64,000 nucleotides of DNA from a virus (lineage: Duplodnaviria > Caudoviricetes). Under the pieces are notes generated by a model. That model was not told the origin of the DNA. It did no database searches and saw only the letters and a list, made by a program, of their open reading frames with translations. Shown piece by piece: positions 1-10,511 of this stretch. Each line of letters starts with the position of its first letter. The first letter of the stretch is position 1. The stretch lies in the IMG/VR virus record IMGVR_UViG_3300025401_000012, one strand, 5' to 3'. The position numbers were made by a program, and so were the translations under genes.

Positions 1-2486
1 TAATAAACAAACCTACTATTCCTGCAGCATATATTTTACCTGCATCTTCATCCAACACACTCGGTGGAGTTATTATTGCTACAAATGGAGGAATTACAAA
101 TAATACAGGCGGAATTAACGGATCAATTAGTTTAACACAAGCGAGTACTACACAAATTGGCGGAGTATTAGTTGATGGTACTACAATTACTATGAATAGT
201 AGTACTGGAAAAATAAGCGCAGTTCAATACACATTGCCAACAGCAACCGTTGGAACTAGTTTAACTGGAACACTTGGAGGTGTAAAAGTTGACGGATCAA
301 CAATTACAATTGGTGCAGGTGTCATATCTGCAGTAGCTCCGACTAATATTACAGGAAATTCTGGTACAACAACTAAATTAATTGTACCTGTTACAATTAA
401 CGGTGTAAATTTTGATGGTAGTAGCAATATTACTGTACCGGCATCGGCTAGTACACTTACAGGAACAGCATTAAATTCAACAGTTGTTTCTTCAAATTTA
501 ACTAGTGTTGGTACATTATCATCATTAAATGTCACAGGTAATACTGTAATTGGAGGCAATTTAACAGTAACAGGAACAACTACTACTACAAATACTAGTA
601 CACTTACTGTAACAAATAAAACAATTATTGTTAGTAGCGGAAGTGCTAGTAGTGCAACAAGCGATGGTAGTGGTCTAGTAGTAAATGGTCCAACTATTCC
701 GGCAAGTATTTTATATACAGCTGCATCTAGTAGTTTTACTAGTAATATTCCATTTATTGCCAGTACTTTTACAGGAAATTTAGTTGGTAATGTAACTGGT
801 AATGTAACTGGTAATGTAACTGGTAATGTAAGCGGGACCGCAAATACTATTACAGGAATATATAGTGGTGCAATAACTAGTAGTCAAATTACTACAGGTC
901 TTGGATATACTCCATTGCAAGCAACTAGTCTTAGCGTTACAACTAATAGTGCAAGCGGCAACGGAAGTTTAGCATATAGCGGAGGGATATTTACATTTAC
1001 ACCGCCTAATTTAAGCAGTTATCTAACTTCAATCACTAGCAATCAAGTAACAACCGCTCTTGGATATACTCCATTGCAAGCAACTAGTCTTAGTGTTACT
1101 ACAAACACTGCTAGTGGAAACGGAAGTTTGAGTTATAGTGGTGGAGTATTTTCGTTTACTCCGCCTAATTTAAGCGGTTATTTAACTTCAATTAACAGTA
1201 GTCAGATAACAACTGCATTAGGATTCACTCCTTACAATGCAACTAATCCTGCAAATTATATTACAAGTAGCAGTCTTAGCGTAGTTACAGCAAATGCAAG
1301 CGGCAATGGAAATTTAACTTATACTAGCGGAACATTTACATTTACTCCGCCAAATTTAAGTAATTATTTAACAGGTATTACAGGAACGCAAGTAACAACC
1401 GCACTAGGATATACTCCGGTACAGTTAACTCAGTTTAGTGTACAAACAAATAGCGCAAATGGATCAGGAAGTTTAAGTTATAGTAACACTACTGGTGTAT
1501 TCACATTTGTGCCTCCAGTTATTCCAGTTATTCCAACTTACACGGTAACTACAGCAAGTGCAAGTGGTAGTGGTTCATTAAATTTAAATGGAACAACATT
1601 TACATTCACTCCACCAGTAATTCCAACTTACACGGTAACTACAGCAAGTGCAAGTGGTAGTGGTTCATTAAGTTTAAGCGGATCAACATTTACGTTTACT
1701 CCGCCAGTCATTCCAACAATTCCAACATATACAATCACAACTAATAGTGCAAGCGGAAACGGATCTTTAACATTAAATGGAACAGTATTTACATATACAC
1801 CTCCTAGTATTACTCCAACATTTAGTGCTCAGAATGCTAATGTAGTACTAGCAGGTCCGAGTACTGGTGCAAATGCAGTTCCAACATTTAGACAATTAGT
1901 TTCTGCTGATTTGCCTACAGCAACAACTAGTACAGCGGGTGCAGTAATTATACCAGCAGTATCTACAAGTGGTATTAATAATACAAGTGGTACAATTGGA
2001 ATTGCCACAGCCTCAACTACTCAATTGGGTGGTGTTAAAATTGATGGCTCAACAATTACAATTAATGGTAGCGGTCAACTAGTTGCATCAGCAAGTGGAG
2101 GTGCACTGAGTAGTAGAACAACAGTTTCAGTTACTACTAGTTCTTTAGCTTCTGGAGGATACACAACATCAACCGTGACAGCTGCAAAAGGATACGCTCT
2201 GTACAGTATTCAAGTTTCAGCAGGGGCATGGGTAACAGTATATACTAGTTCAACAGCTCAAACAAATGATACTAGTAGAAGTATAACAACCGATCCAACA
2301 CCAGGAAGCGGAGTAATTGCAGAAGCAATAACAACTACCGCTACTACAACTTATTTTACTCCAGCAGTATTTGGTTTTAATACTGATGGCACCATTAGTT
2401 CGAACATGTATTTAAAGATTTATAATAATAGCGGATCAACTACAGCTATTACGGTAACAGTGACGTACTTAAAATTAGAAAATTAA
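1..2486 (+). CDS. Ser/Thr/Gly-rich repetitive tail-fibre-like virion protein, 5'-truncated
   Basis: Frame is open from position 3 (INKPTIPAAY...), so it extends upstream of the track ATG at 192. Contains recurrent GGVKxDGxTITI motifs, xLGYTP repeats and FTFTPP repeats. Lies in the structural module. Confidence 0.7.
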   Translation, partial: INKPTIPAAYILPASSSNTLGGVIIATNGGITNNTGGINGSISLTQASTTQIGGVLVDGTTITMNSSTGKISAVQYTLPTATVGTSLTGTLGGVKVDGSTITIGAGVISAVAPTNITGNSGTTTKLIVPVTINGVNFDGSSNITVPASASTLTGTALNSTVVSSNLTSVGTLSSLNVTGNTVIGGNLTVTGTTTTTNTSTLTVTNKTIIVSSGSASSATSDGSGLVVNGPTIPASILYTAASSSFTSNIPFIASTFTGNLVGNVTGNVTGNVTGNVSGTANTITGIYSGAITSSQITTGLGYTPLQATSLSVTTNSASGNGSLAYSGGIFTFTPPNLSSYLTSITSNQVTTALGYTPLQATSLSVTTNTASGNGSLSYSGGVFSFTPPNLSGYLTSINSSQITTALGFTPYNATNPANYITSSSLSVVTANASGNGNLTYTSGTFTFTPPNLSNYLTGITGTQVTTALGYTPVQLTQFSVQTNSANGSGSLSYSNTTGVFTFVPPVIPVIPTYTVTTASASGSGSLNLNGTTFTFTPPVIPTYTVTTASASGSGSLSLSGSTFTFTPPVIPTIPTYTITTNSASGNGSLTLNGTVFTYTPPSITPTFSAQNANVVLAGPSTGANAVPTFRQLVSADLPTATTSTAGAVIIPAVSTSGINNTSGTIGIATASTTQLGGVKIDGSTITINGSGQLVASASGGALSSRTTVSVTTSSLASGGYTTSTVTAAKGYALYSIQVSAGAWVTVYTSSTAQTNDTSRSITTDPTPGSGVIAEAITTTATTTYFTPAVFGFNTDGTISSNMYLKIYNNSGSTTAITVTVTYLKLEN
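786..831 (+). repeat. 12-bp tandem repeat GGTAATGTAACT, about 3.8 copies (GNVT)
   Basis: Read directly from the sequence. Confidence 0.95.
870..1810 (+). repeat. Internal coding repeats: four ~50-aa xLGYTP/F units then three to four ~30-aa units; exact 52-nt duplicate at 1530-1581 and 1620-1671
   Basis: ITSxQxTTxLGYTP...SLSVxTxxASGNGSL...FTFTPPNLS recurs. ATTCCAACTTACACGG...GGTTCATTAA is identical with a 90-nt period. Confidence 0.9.
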
Positions 2487-2487
2487 T

Positions 2488-4155
2488 ATGGACTATACAC
2501 AAACATTTCAAATTAGCATTTATCTTAACAATGATATCCATGATAATGGAATGACATTAAAAGAGTATGCTGATGCTGTACTAGCCGGGACACATCCGAT
2601 ATTAGGCCATGACGAATTTAATTATCAGTTTGGTACAACTGATGAAAATATGAAACTAGTAAGCGATTGGGCAATTTCAAATAATTTAAATATTATTTCT
2701 GCAGAATCTGCTATAGCAACTATAAAAGTCCAAGGAACATTAGGTCAGCTTTGCAATTTATTTTCTGTAACGGTTGAAGAAATAGTGGACGACGCCAGAA
2801 CTTATATAAAAAATACAACGCCAGTTGTAGTACCGACAACAATCGCATCGGCAGTCAGAGATTTATTTGGTTTTGATCAAAGTTTTATTGCAATAAATCA
2901 TGCTGTACAGCATGATGGATCTGCTCCTGATTTAGGAAGTTCCTATGGAAGCAGTGCGGTCACTCCTATACAAATGTGTACGGCATACGGAGCACCTACC
3001 GGAGACGGGTATGGAGGCTGTATTGGAATATTTGAATTAACATATAGCGGTAGTCCCGAAGGATGGCAGCAACCTGATGTTACAGCAAGTTTTAGTCGTA
3101 TTGGGTTGTCATCTCCTAGCATAACTACAGTACTAGTCGATGGTGTTACTTTAAATTCTACATCAACAGCTGAAAGTATGTTGGATATTTATTGTGCAGG
3201 TGCAGCAGCACCTAAAGCAAAAATAGTTTATTATATTGGACAAAATGGCGGAAGTTTAACAGACGTTATCAATGCAGCAGTAAATGATACAACTAATAAT
3301 CCGGATGTTTTGAGTATCAGTTGGGGGTTAGGAGATGGTACATCTTTAGACACAGCGTTTCAAGCCTGTGTAGCAAAAGGAATAACAGTTTTTGTTAGTT
3401 CAGGAGACAGTGGCGCTGTTAATCTAAATATGGCAGCAACAGTATGCAGTCAGTACGTAGTGTCGGCTGGCGGAACAAATGTGACACTCAACGGGTCAAA
3501 TCAGCTTACAGCTGAAGTAGGATGGGGAAATTCTGCTGGTACAGGCCAAGGCGGAGGTGGTGGATCAGGTGGTGCAAGTGGCGGCGGAATGAGTGCTAGT
3601 ATTGCAGTTCCTAGTTGGCAAACAGGATTAAAATATACAACTACTACAGGTAGTAATACATCAGGTTTAGGCACCGCGACAGCGTTAACTTATCGGGGTG
3701 TACCCGATATAAGTGCTCCAGCAGATCCATCGACGGGGTATCAATTCTATGTTGGCGGCACTAGTAGTGCTCAAGGATCATTTGTTCAATATGGTGGGAC
3801 TAGTGCGGCTGCTCCATTCTTAGCTGGATTATGGGTAAGATTGATTCGATTATTAGGATATAGGATTCCATTTAATATGGCAACATTTTATTCTAATTCA
3901 GTTTCTCAATCAGGAGTGATACCTTCATTAAATCTATGTAATGATGTAACTACTGGTAATAATAGAGACGGTTATACTACAGGTTATGTTAGCACTACAG
4001 GATGGGATGCAGTTACTGGATTAGGAAGTCCGGCAGCTAGCAACATTTATCGTTATTTTCACACAGGTTCAACATTTCCTAAGAAAAATTTTGGATTTAG
4101 ATCTACAACAGGCCCGGCATATCCACGTATAACTACGGGTGTAAGGGTAGATTAA
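2488..4155 (+). CDS. S53 family (sedolisin/kumamolisin-like) serine protease with prodomain
   Basis: ExxxD (ESMLD), oxyanion SSGDSG, nucleophile GGTSAAAP, Ca-site NDVTTGNN...GWDAVTGLGSP, and a kumamolisin-like N-terminal prodomain. No signal peptide. Confidence 0.9.
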   Translation: MDYTQTFQISIYLNNDIHDNGMTLKEYADAVLAGTHPILGHDEFNYQFGTTDENMKLVSDWAISNNLNIISAESAIATIKVQGTLGQLCNLFSVTVEEIVDDARTYIKNTTPVVVPTTIASAVRDLFGFDQSFIAINHAVQHDGSAPDLGSSYGSSAVTPIQMCTAYGAPTGDGYGGCIGIFELTYSGSPEGWQQPDVTASFSRIGLSSPSITTVLVDGVTLNSTSTAESMLDIYCAGAAAPKAKIVYYIGQNGGSLTDVINAAVNDTTNNPDVLSISWGLGDGTSLDTAFQACVAKGITVFVSSGDSGAVNLNMAATVCSQYVVSAGGTNVTLNGSNQLTAEVGWGNSAGTGQGGGGGSGGASGGGMSASIAVPSWQTGLKYTTTTGSNTSGLGTATALTYRGVPDISAPADPSTGYQFYVGGTSSAQGSFVQYGGTSAAAPFLAGLWVRLIRLLGYRIPFNMATFYSNSVSQSGVIPSLNLCNDVTTGNNRDGYTTGYVSTTGWDAVTGLGSPAASNIYRYFHTGSTFPKKNFGFRSTTGPAYPRITTGVRVD

Positions 4156-4177
4156 ACTAGCACATTTTAAACATTGA

Positions 4178-4183
4178 TAAATA
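4178..4183 (+). promoter_or_regulatory. Putative T4-type late promoter TAAATA
   Basis: TAAATA in a short intergenic gap about 20 nt upstream of a structural gene. The same placement recurs at 8943(+), 60292(+) and on the minus strand at 21113, 21882, 44963, 47550, 52336, 57537 and 60239. Confidence 0.55.
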
Positions 4184-4203
4184 TTAGATAAAGAGAGTTA
4201 ATT

Positions 4204-4815
4204 ATGCAGACACAAGATCAAACAGGAATCCATATAGAAGGACATATTAAAATATATGATCCGATTTCTCAAGAAGTTTTTATTAATAAACGTAATGCTA
4301 TTCATTATGAAAATATGAGTATTGCACTTGCACAATCGTTATCTAATAACACAACCGGTGGATATGTTTATCAAATGGCTTTTGGTAATGGTGGTACAGC
4401 TATTGATCCTACTGGAATTATTACATATTTGACTCCAAATAGTACAGGAAGTAATGCAAGTTTATATAATCAAACGTATGCTAAAGTAGTTGACGGAAAT
4501 AGTAGTACTAATACAGATCCAACAAGAAATTTTACAGAAACAAGACATACTACTGGATCAAACTACAGTGATATTTTTGTAACTTGTTTACTAGATTACG
4601 GTGAACCTGCTGGACAAACAGCATTTGATACTACGAATAATAATGCTAGTACATTTACATTTGACGAATTAGGATTAGTAAGTTATAGTACTACTGGCCA
4701 AAGTTTATTATTAACCCATGTAGTATTTCATCCTGTATTAAAAAGTTTGAATCGATTAATTCAAATTGATTATACAGTAAGAATTCAAAGTTTAACTGGC
4801 CTAGTGTCAGTTTAA
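4204..4815 (+). CDS. Putative virion/baseplate structural protein
   Basis: Beta-rich sequence (GHIKIYDP...MAFGNGGT...FDELGL...IDYTVRIQ) within the tail module, preceded by a late-promoter motif. Confidence 0.55.
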   Translation: MQTQDQTGIHIEGHIKIYDPISQEVFINKRNAIHYENMSIALAQSLSNNTTGGYVYQMAFGNGGTAIDPTGIITYLTPNSTGSNASLYNQTYAKVVDGNSSTNTDPTRNFTETRHTTGSNYSDIFVTCLLDYGEPAGQTAFDTTNNNASTFTFDELGLVSYSTTGQSLLLTHVVFHPVLKSLNRLIQIDYTVRIQSLTGLVSV

Positions 4816-4824
4816 GGAGTAATT

Positions 4825-7032
4825 ATGCCATATTCTATTCCTTATACTGATACTACTAATCCAAATAAAGTACCAATTTTAGTTGCTGACGGTACAATTA
4901 ATACTACAACTAGTTTAAAATTTGTAGGGCAAGCATACCCTAGTTACGGTGAACCTATTGCAGAAGATCTACTGCACTTATTAGAAAATTTTGCAGCACC
5001 TACCAGTCCATCGAACCCAGTTCAAGGTCAACTGTGGTACGATACCAGCTCTAATATTTTAAAAGTATATGATGGAGTTAATTGGACAACAGCTGGAAGT
5101 TTAAAGAAAAGTGCTACAGCGCCTGCTGTAGCAAATAGTATTGCCGGCGATTTGTGGGCTAATACTAATACTAATCAATTATTTTTATTCACAGGTAGCA
5201 GTTGGGTTTTAGTTGGTCCTCAATATAGTGCTGGAACACAAACAGGACCGATTGTTGAAACAATAGTTGATACTAGTAATATTACTCATAATGTTGTGTC
5301 AATGTATGCTAATAATTATAGAATAGTTATTATTAGTAAAGAACAATTTATTCCTAAATCTACAATAACAGGATTTAGCACAATCTATCAAGGTATAAAT
5401 TTAAGTACAGTCGATTCTGCAACAACAACAAGTCTTAGTCGCTTTTGGGGAACAGCTAGTTCTGCAGATTCATTATTAATTAGTAATAAATCCATAGCTG
5501 CATCAAACTTCTTGAGATCAGACACGATCAGCACAACTAATTATTCAGTCAATATTAGAACAGATTCTGGTATAAACATTGGTTCTAATTTAGGATTAAC
5601 ATTAGGTATAGCCAGTGGATCTGCTGCATTGTATTCTAGTAATACCGGTGGGAATTTTAATATTAAATTAACTAATCTTGCAGGAGCATTGAATACTATT
5701 ATTCACGTAGATCCGTCAGGATTGGTAGGAATAGGTACTAACAATGTGTCTCCGGCTTCGGAATTAGATGTAGCTGGTACAGTGACAGTAGCAACTGGTA
5801 TTAATATAAAAGGAACAGCAGACGCATCGTATACTGTAGGCACATTATTTACAACATCTTCCGGCAGTATAACAACTCAAGGTGGTGCAGTTATTGCAAT
5901 GAGTGCAATAGTTGGTGATGATTTGACAGTTTATGGACAAGCTATTTTGAATAACCTTGATGGAACTAATACTCCAAGTGCAGGTGCAGTAATTGTTCCA
6001 AATTATTCAACAGATTCTACAGAAGCATCAACATTGAATATTCCACTAGTTACATCTGGACTATATGATATAGGTACAAGCACTAGACCTTTTAGGAATA
6101 TGTATGCTAATAATTTTTCAGGAAATTTTTCAGGAACATTTACTGGAATTTTAGAAGGAAGTGCTAGCGGTTCTGCAGCTTTTTTAACTAGCCCAACAGT
6201 TTTTAGTTTGACGGGAGATGTTTCAAGTAATTCTGTTAGTTTTAATGGACAATCGAGCACAGGAACAGCTGTCTTTACAACAACATTAGATCCTAATTTT
6301 ATTGCTAATAAACCAGCAGCAACTGATTCTTATACAACTGATACACTATTAGTTTATAGACCAGGGGTAGGTCTAGTAAGCATGGCGAAATCTGTATTGC
6401 ATAATCATTTGGCTGTAATTCCAATTGGAACAATACTGCCATTTGCAGGAATTTCTATACCATCTGGATATTTATTATGCGACGGATCGGAGATACTAAT
6501 CTCTACATATTCTCAATTGTACAGTGTTATTGGATATTCTTATAAAAATCCAAGTTATTTGCTAGGACAAGGCACATTTGCATTACCTGACCTACGTGGG
6601 CGTTTTCCGTTAGGTGCAGATAACATGAATAATTATAATACGGTTCCTAGTAAAACTGGAGGAACATCTATTACAACAACAACTGATTTAAATGGAAATC
6701 CTAGTACAGCAGCTCACCGTGTAAATGATGTATCGGCTACTAGCGTTGGTGCGGGAAATACTAGTGCAACTGGGTTTGTAACATTAGCATCTACGAATTT
6801 ACCACAGCATACTCATACTTTACAAAGTAATGCCGGTATTCAATACTATGCATCGAGTCCTCCAGGCAGTGCTGCAGATGGACAAGCTGTTAGTGGTTAT
6901 GGTATTACAGCCGGTAGTACTGGTGAAGGACTTCCTAACAGTGGTGGAGTAACTGGTGCAACCGGTGTAGCTGTTAATGTAATGAATCCTTATCAAACTA
7001 TCAATTACATAATCTTTACTGGTGCTATATAA
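4825..7032 (+). CDS. Tail fibre/baseplate protein with C-terminal phage tail-collar domain
   Basis: IPIGTILPFAG...PSGYLLCDGS...YSQLYSVIG...FALPDLRGRFPLG is the tail-collar signature. The N-terminal domain is shared with the next two ORFs. Confidence 0.8.
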   Translation: MPYSIPYTDTTNPNKVPILVADGTINTTTSLKFVGQAYPSYGEPIAEDLLHLLENFAAPTSPSNPVQGQLWYDTSSNILKVYDGVNWTTAGSLKKSATAPAVANSIAGDLWANTNTNQLFLFTGSSWVLVGPQYSAGTQTGPIVETIVDTSNITHNVVSMYANNYRIVIISKEQFIPKSTITGFSTIYQGINLSTVDSATTTSLSRFWGTASSADSLLISNKSIAASNFLRSDTISTTNYSVNIRTDSGINIGSNLGLTLGIASGSAALYSSNTGGNFNIKLTNLAGALNTIIHVDPSGLVGIGTNNVSPASELDVAGTVTVATGINIKGTADASYTVGTLFTTSSGSITTQGGAVIAMSAIVGDDLTVYGQAILNNLDGTNTPSAGAVIVPNYSTDSTEASTLNIPLVTSGLYDIGTSTRPFRNMYANNFSGNFSGTFTGILEGSASGSAAFLTSPTVFSLTGDVSSNSVSFNGQSSTGTAVFTTTLDPNFIANKPAATDSYTTDTLLVYRPGVGLVSMAKSVLHNHLAVIPIGTILPFAGISIPSGYLLCDGSEILISTYSQLYSVIGYSYKNPSYLLGQGTFALPDLRGRFPLGADNMNNYNTVPSKTGGTSITTTTDLNGNPSTAAHRVNDVSATSVGAGNTSATGFVTLASTNLPQHTHTLQSNAGIQYYASSPPGSAADGQAVSGYGITAGSTGEGLPNSGGVTGATGVAVNVMNPYQTINYIIFTGAI

Positions 7033-8930
7033 TGAGCTATACTATCAAACTTACCAATGGAAATACGTTAACAACTATTAATGATGGAACTGTTAACCAA
7101 ACATCTACTGATTTAACTTTAATCGGTAAAAATACTACTAGTTACGGTGCATTTTTTAATGATAATTTTGTTTGGTTATTAGAAAATTTTGCCAGCACTA
7201 GTCAGCCGAACTATCCATTAATTGGGCAACTATGGTACGACACAAATGAAAATCGTTTAAAAGTATATAACGGAAATAATTTTACTACAACTAGCGGAAC
7301 AATTGTATCATCGGTAGTACCTAGTAGTATCAGCAGTGGTGATTTGTGGATTAATAATTCAACAGGCCAGTTATATTTTAATGACGGATTGAACACTATT
7401 TTAACAGGTCCTGCATATACTACTACTCAAGGAACTAGCGGATTTGTAGTAGAGGATGTTATTGATATTGCCGGTGTAACCCATACAGTTGTAGTTTTAT
7501 ATGTTGCTCGTACTATTATTGGAATTTTTAGTAAAGATACATTTACTCCGGCAACAGCTATTCCAGGATTTACAAGTTCTGCACAAATTACAGCTAGCCA
7601 ATCTGGAAATATTTTAACGGTTACGGCAATATCTAACGGTAGTTTAAGTGTAGGACAGACTATTTCAGGTATTGGAGTAGTTCCAGGAACTACAATTACT
7701 AGTCAGCTTACGGGCAGTACAGGTAGTACAGGTACTTATACACTAAGTAATGCGTCAACTGTAGCATCGACTACAATGACAGCATCTAGTAATACTGTTA
7801 ATATTGGTTTTAATACTGGAACATATCCGGGAGTATTGTTTAATGCTGTGGCAACACAGGCACAATCGCTACTAGCAGCTGATGGAAGTTTAAAAACAGC
7901 TTCTAGTTTCCTATCAACAATATCAAATTCCACTACATCTGGACAAATTAGTATTCAAAATAACACACCTTTGATACTAGGTACCGGATCTAATATTAAA
8001 TTTAATATTGACAATAATAGTAATACTTTCCAGATTAACTCTAATACTACAAATTTAAATTTTGGTATTAATTTACAAACTGGTGGTACATTACAAAATA
8101 GTTTATATATAAATGCACAAAATCAATTTGTGGGAATTTATACATCAAGCCCAACTGCAACATTAGACGTTAATGGAAATACCGTAATTAGAGGTAATTT
8201 AACAGTTCAAGGTAACACTGAAACTATTAATAGTACTACAATTAATATTGCTGATAAAAATATTACACTTGGTGCTACATCGGTACCGACAGATATCACA
8301 GCTAGCGGCGGTGGAATAACATTATCTGGCACAACTACTAAATTTATAGATTGGGCAGCTACTGCTAGTTCAAGTTCTACAGCAAATAGCGGTTATTGGA
8401 ATTTATCGGATTTCGTTAATATTTCTACTTCCAATGGCGGTGCCGGATATTATATTAATGGCACTAGCGTATTGAGTACAACAGCACTGGGCACTGGCAT
8501 TACATCGGCTCCTGGGCTAACTAGTATTGGAGCATTAACAGGACTGCAAGCCGCGTATTTAAATATTGCAAATAGTACAGTATCGTATGTAAACTCTGGA
8601 TCAGCTAATGGTACAATATATTTGGTTGCTAAGGGATCTGGCACTGTCGATGTTGGTAGTACTAGGATTACAAATGTATCAACACCTTCCAACGCCACCG
8701 ATGCATCTAACAAAAGCTATGTAGATACAGCAGTATCTAGTATAAATTTAGGGTTAAGTTTGACTACAACAGGGTTAACTACAGCGCAAATTGCTACAAA
8801 TTTAATTAATAAGATTTTTCCAGTATCAGAGCACCAAAACGGCACAATACTTAGAATACAATGTAGCGATAGTACTATAAAACAGTACCAACTATTGGGC
8901 GGAGTTTGGACTTATCAAACTAATTTATAA
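7032..8930 (+). CDS. Tail fibre/baseplate protein, paralogue of the 4825 and 8971 proteins
   Basis: Shared N-terminal motif DGT..T.L.LIGKN...YG..NDNFVWLLENFA...P..GQLWYD. TAATG translational coupling to the upstream gene. Confidence 0.7.
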   Translation: MSYTIKLTNGNTLTTINDGTVNQTSTDLTLIGKNTTSYGAFFNDNFVWLLENFASTSQPNYPLIGQLWYDTNENRLKVYNGNNFTTTSGTIVSSVVPSSISSGDLWINNSTGQLYFNDGLNTILTGPAYTTTQGTSGFVVEDVIDIAGVTHTVVVLYVARTIIGIFSKDTFTPATAIPGFTSSAQITASQSGNILTVTAISNGSLSVGQTISGIGVVPGTTITSQLTGSTGSTGTYTLSNASTVASTTMTASSNTVNIGFNTGTYPGVLFNAVATQAQSLLAADGSLKTASSFLSTISNSTTSGQISIQNNTPLILGTGSNIKFNIDNNSNTFQINSNTTNLNFGINLQTGGTLQNSLYINAQNQFVGIYTSSPTATLDVNGNTVIRGNLTVQGNTETINSTTINIADKNITLGATSVPTDITASGGGITLSGTTTKFIDWAATASSSSTANSGYWNLSDFVNISTSNGGAGYYINGTSVLSTTALGTGITSAPGLTSIGALTGLQAAYLNIANSTVSYVNSGSANGTIYLVAKGSGTVDVGSTRITNVSTPSNATDASNKSYVDTAVSSINLGLSLTTTGLTTAQIATNLINKIFPVSEHQNGTILRIQCSDSTIKQYQLLGGVWTYQTNL

Positions 8931-8942
8931 GTTAAAATAGCA

Positions 8943-8948
8943 TAAATA
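8943..8948 (+). promoter_or_regulatory. Putative late promoter TAAATA
   Basis: Intergenic, followed by AAGGA RBS and ATG at 8971. Confidence 0.55.
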
Positions 8949-8970
8949 CTAGGAATAAGGAACGAGCGAG

Positions 8971-10473
8971 ATGTCATATACGATTAATCACTACAATGGT
9001 ACACTATTAACTACAGTTGCAGACGGTACTGTTGATACGTCTACGGATCTTACCTTAATTGGTAAGAATTATGCTGGATACGGACAGTCACAAAACGATA
9101 ATTTTGTATGGCTACTAGAAAATTTTGCAAATACAACACAACCGCCTAACCCGCTAAAAGGTCAAATTTGGTTTGATAGTGGAAATAGTAAATTAAAATT
9201 CTGGGATGGCAGTAAATTTAGAACAACCGGCGGTGCCGAAGTAGGATCAGTACAGCCGAGCGGATTAACTCAAGGCGATTTCTGGTTTGATACAGCAACT
9301 AATCAGTTGTTTGCGTATACTGGGTCAACATTCCAACTAATTGGACCACAGGGTGTTGCTGGCCAAGGTTTAACACAGATGCAATCTATCAGTGTTAAAG
9401 ATTTAGAAAACGGAGCAAACCACGCTGTTATACAAGCTGTTAATAATGGAAATGTAGTTTTTATTATTAGTTCAGATGGAGCATTTACATTAGACCCTTC
9501 GGTTAATGCTATTACAGGATTTGATAAGATTCAACAAGGTGTTACACTAGCTTATACAAAAAATGCCGATAACGGTGTTACAGAAAATAATGTTAACTAC
9601 AGATTTTGGGGCACAGCAACAAACTCAGATCGTTTAGGTGGTATACCTGCTTCTAATTTTTTACAAGCTGGTAATGCAACATTTTCACAAACTGTAAATT
9701 TTGCTGATGTAGGATATACAGTAGGTAGTCCAGTTAAATTACAGGTATTTAATAATTCGAATACTAGCTATCCAACTATTCAAAACATTTATAATGATAC
9801 AATTATTTTCCAAACATCTGTATCATCGATTACAAAAACTCCAATGACGTTAAAGGGTACCGATGTACTTCCAGGTGCAACTTTAACTAGTAATTTAGGA
9901 AGTTCTAGCTTGGTATGGAATAATGTTTATGCTACTAATTTTGTAGGTACTGCTACAAATGCAAATTATTTAAATTTAGGCGGACAGTTTGTAAGTGCAA
10001 CTACAGCAAGTTCAGCAACTAGTATTGTTGCTAGAGATAGCAATCAAAATATATATGCTAATACATTCTATGGAACAGCAACAAGTGCCAATTATGCCGA
10101 TTTAGCAGAAAAATATCTTCCTCCTCCAAACACAACTTTAGATGAAGGTACTGTTGTAAAAATAGGCGGTCCTGCAGAAATTTGTACAGCTACATATGGT
10201 GATAAAGCAATTGGTGCAATTAGTACTAACCCTGCTTTTAAAATGAATGAAAGTTTAAAAAATGGCGTGTATGTTGCGTTAAAAGGCCGCGTTCCAGTTA
10301 AAGTAATTGGCGGATGCTCAAAAGGAGATACGATGGCTCCATATGGCGACGGCTTGGCAGCTAGTATAAATGTCATGTTTAGTCCTGACGATAATCAGCC
10401 AATTTGCTTTGCTGTAGCTCTTGCAGATTGCACAAGTACAGATATCACTTTAGTAGAATGTGTAATTTTGTAA
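8971..10473 (+). CDS. Tail fibre protein with C-terminal intramolecular-chaperone-like domain
   Basis: Shared N-terminal domain. C-terminal YADLAEKY...GTVV...IGAISTNPAFKMN...VALKGRVPVKV resembles autocleaving tail-chaperone domains. Confidence 0.65.
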   Translation: MSYTINHYNGTLLTTVADGTVDTSTDLTLIGKNYAGYGQSQNDNFVWLLENFANTTQPPNPLKGQIWFDSGNSKLKFWDGSKFRTTGGAEVGSVQPSGLTQGDFWFDTATNQLFAYTGSTFQLIGPQGVAGQGLTQMQSISVKDLENGANHAVIQAVNNGNVVFIISSDGAFTLDPSVNAITGFDKIQQGVTLAYTKNADNGVTENNVNYRFWGTATNSDRLGGIPASNFLQAGNATFSQTVNFADVGYTVGSPVKLQVFNNSNTSYPTIQNIYNDTIIFQTSVSSITKTPMTLKGTDVLPGATLTSNLGSSSLVWNNVYATNFVGTATNANYLNLGGQFVSATTASSATSIVARDSNQNIYANTFYGTATSANYADLAEKYLPPPNTTLDEGTVVKIGGPAEICTATYGDKAIGAISTNPAFKMNESLKNGVYVALKGRVPVKVIGGCSKGDTMAPYGDGLAASINVMFSPDDNQPICFAVALADCTSTDITLVECVIL

Positions 10474-10511
10474 AACTAAATAAAGTTCAATAAAGTTTAA
10501 AAGGTTAAAAG

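Noticed and set aside
786-1810. Direct repeats as a possible CRISPR array or DGR template/variable repeat
   Set aside because: They are in-frame coding repeats without unique spacers. There is no adenine-specific mismatch pattern and no reverse transcriptase in the window.
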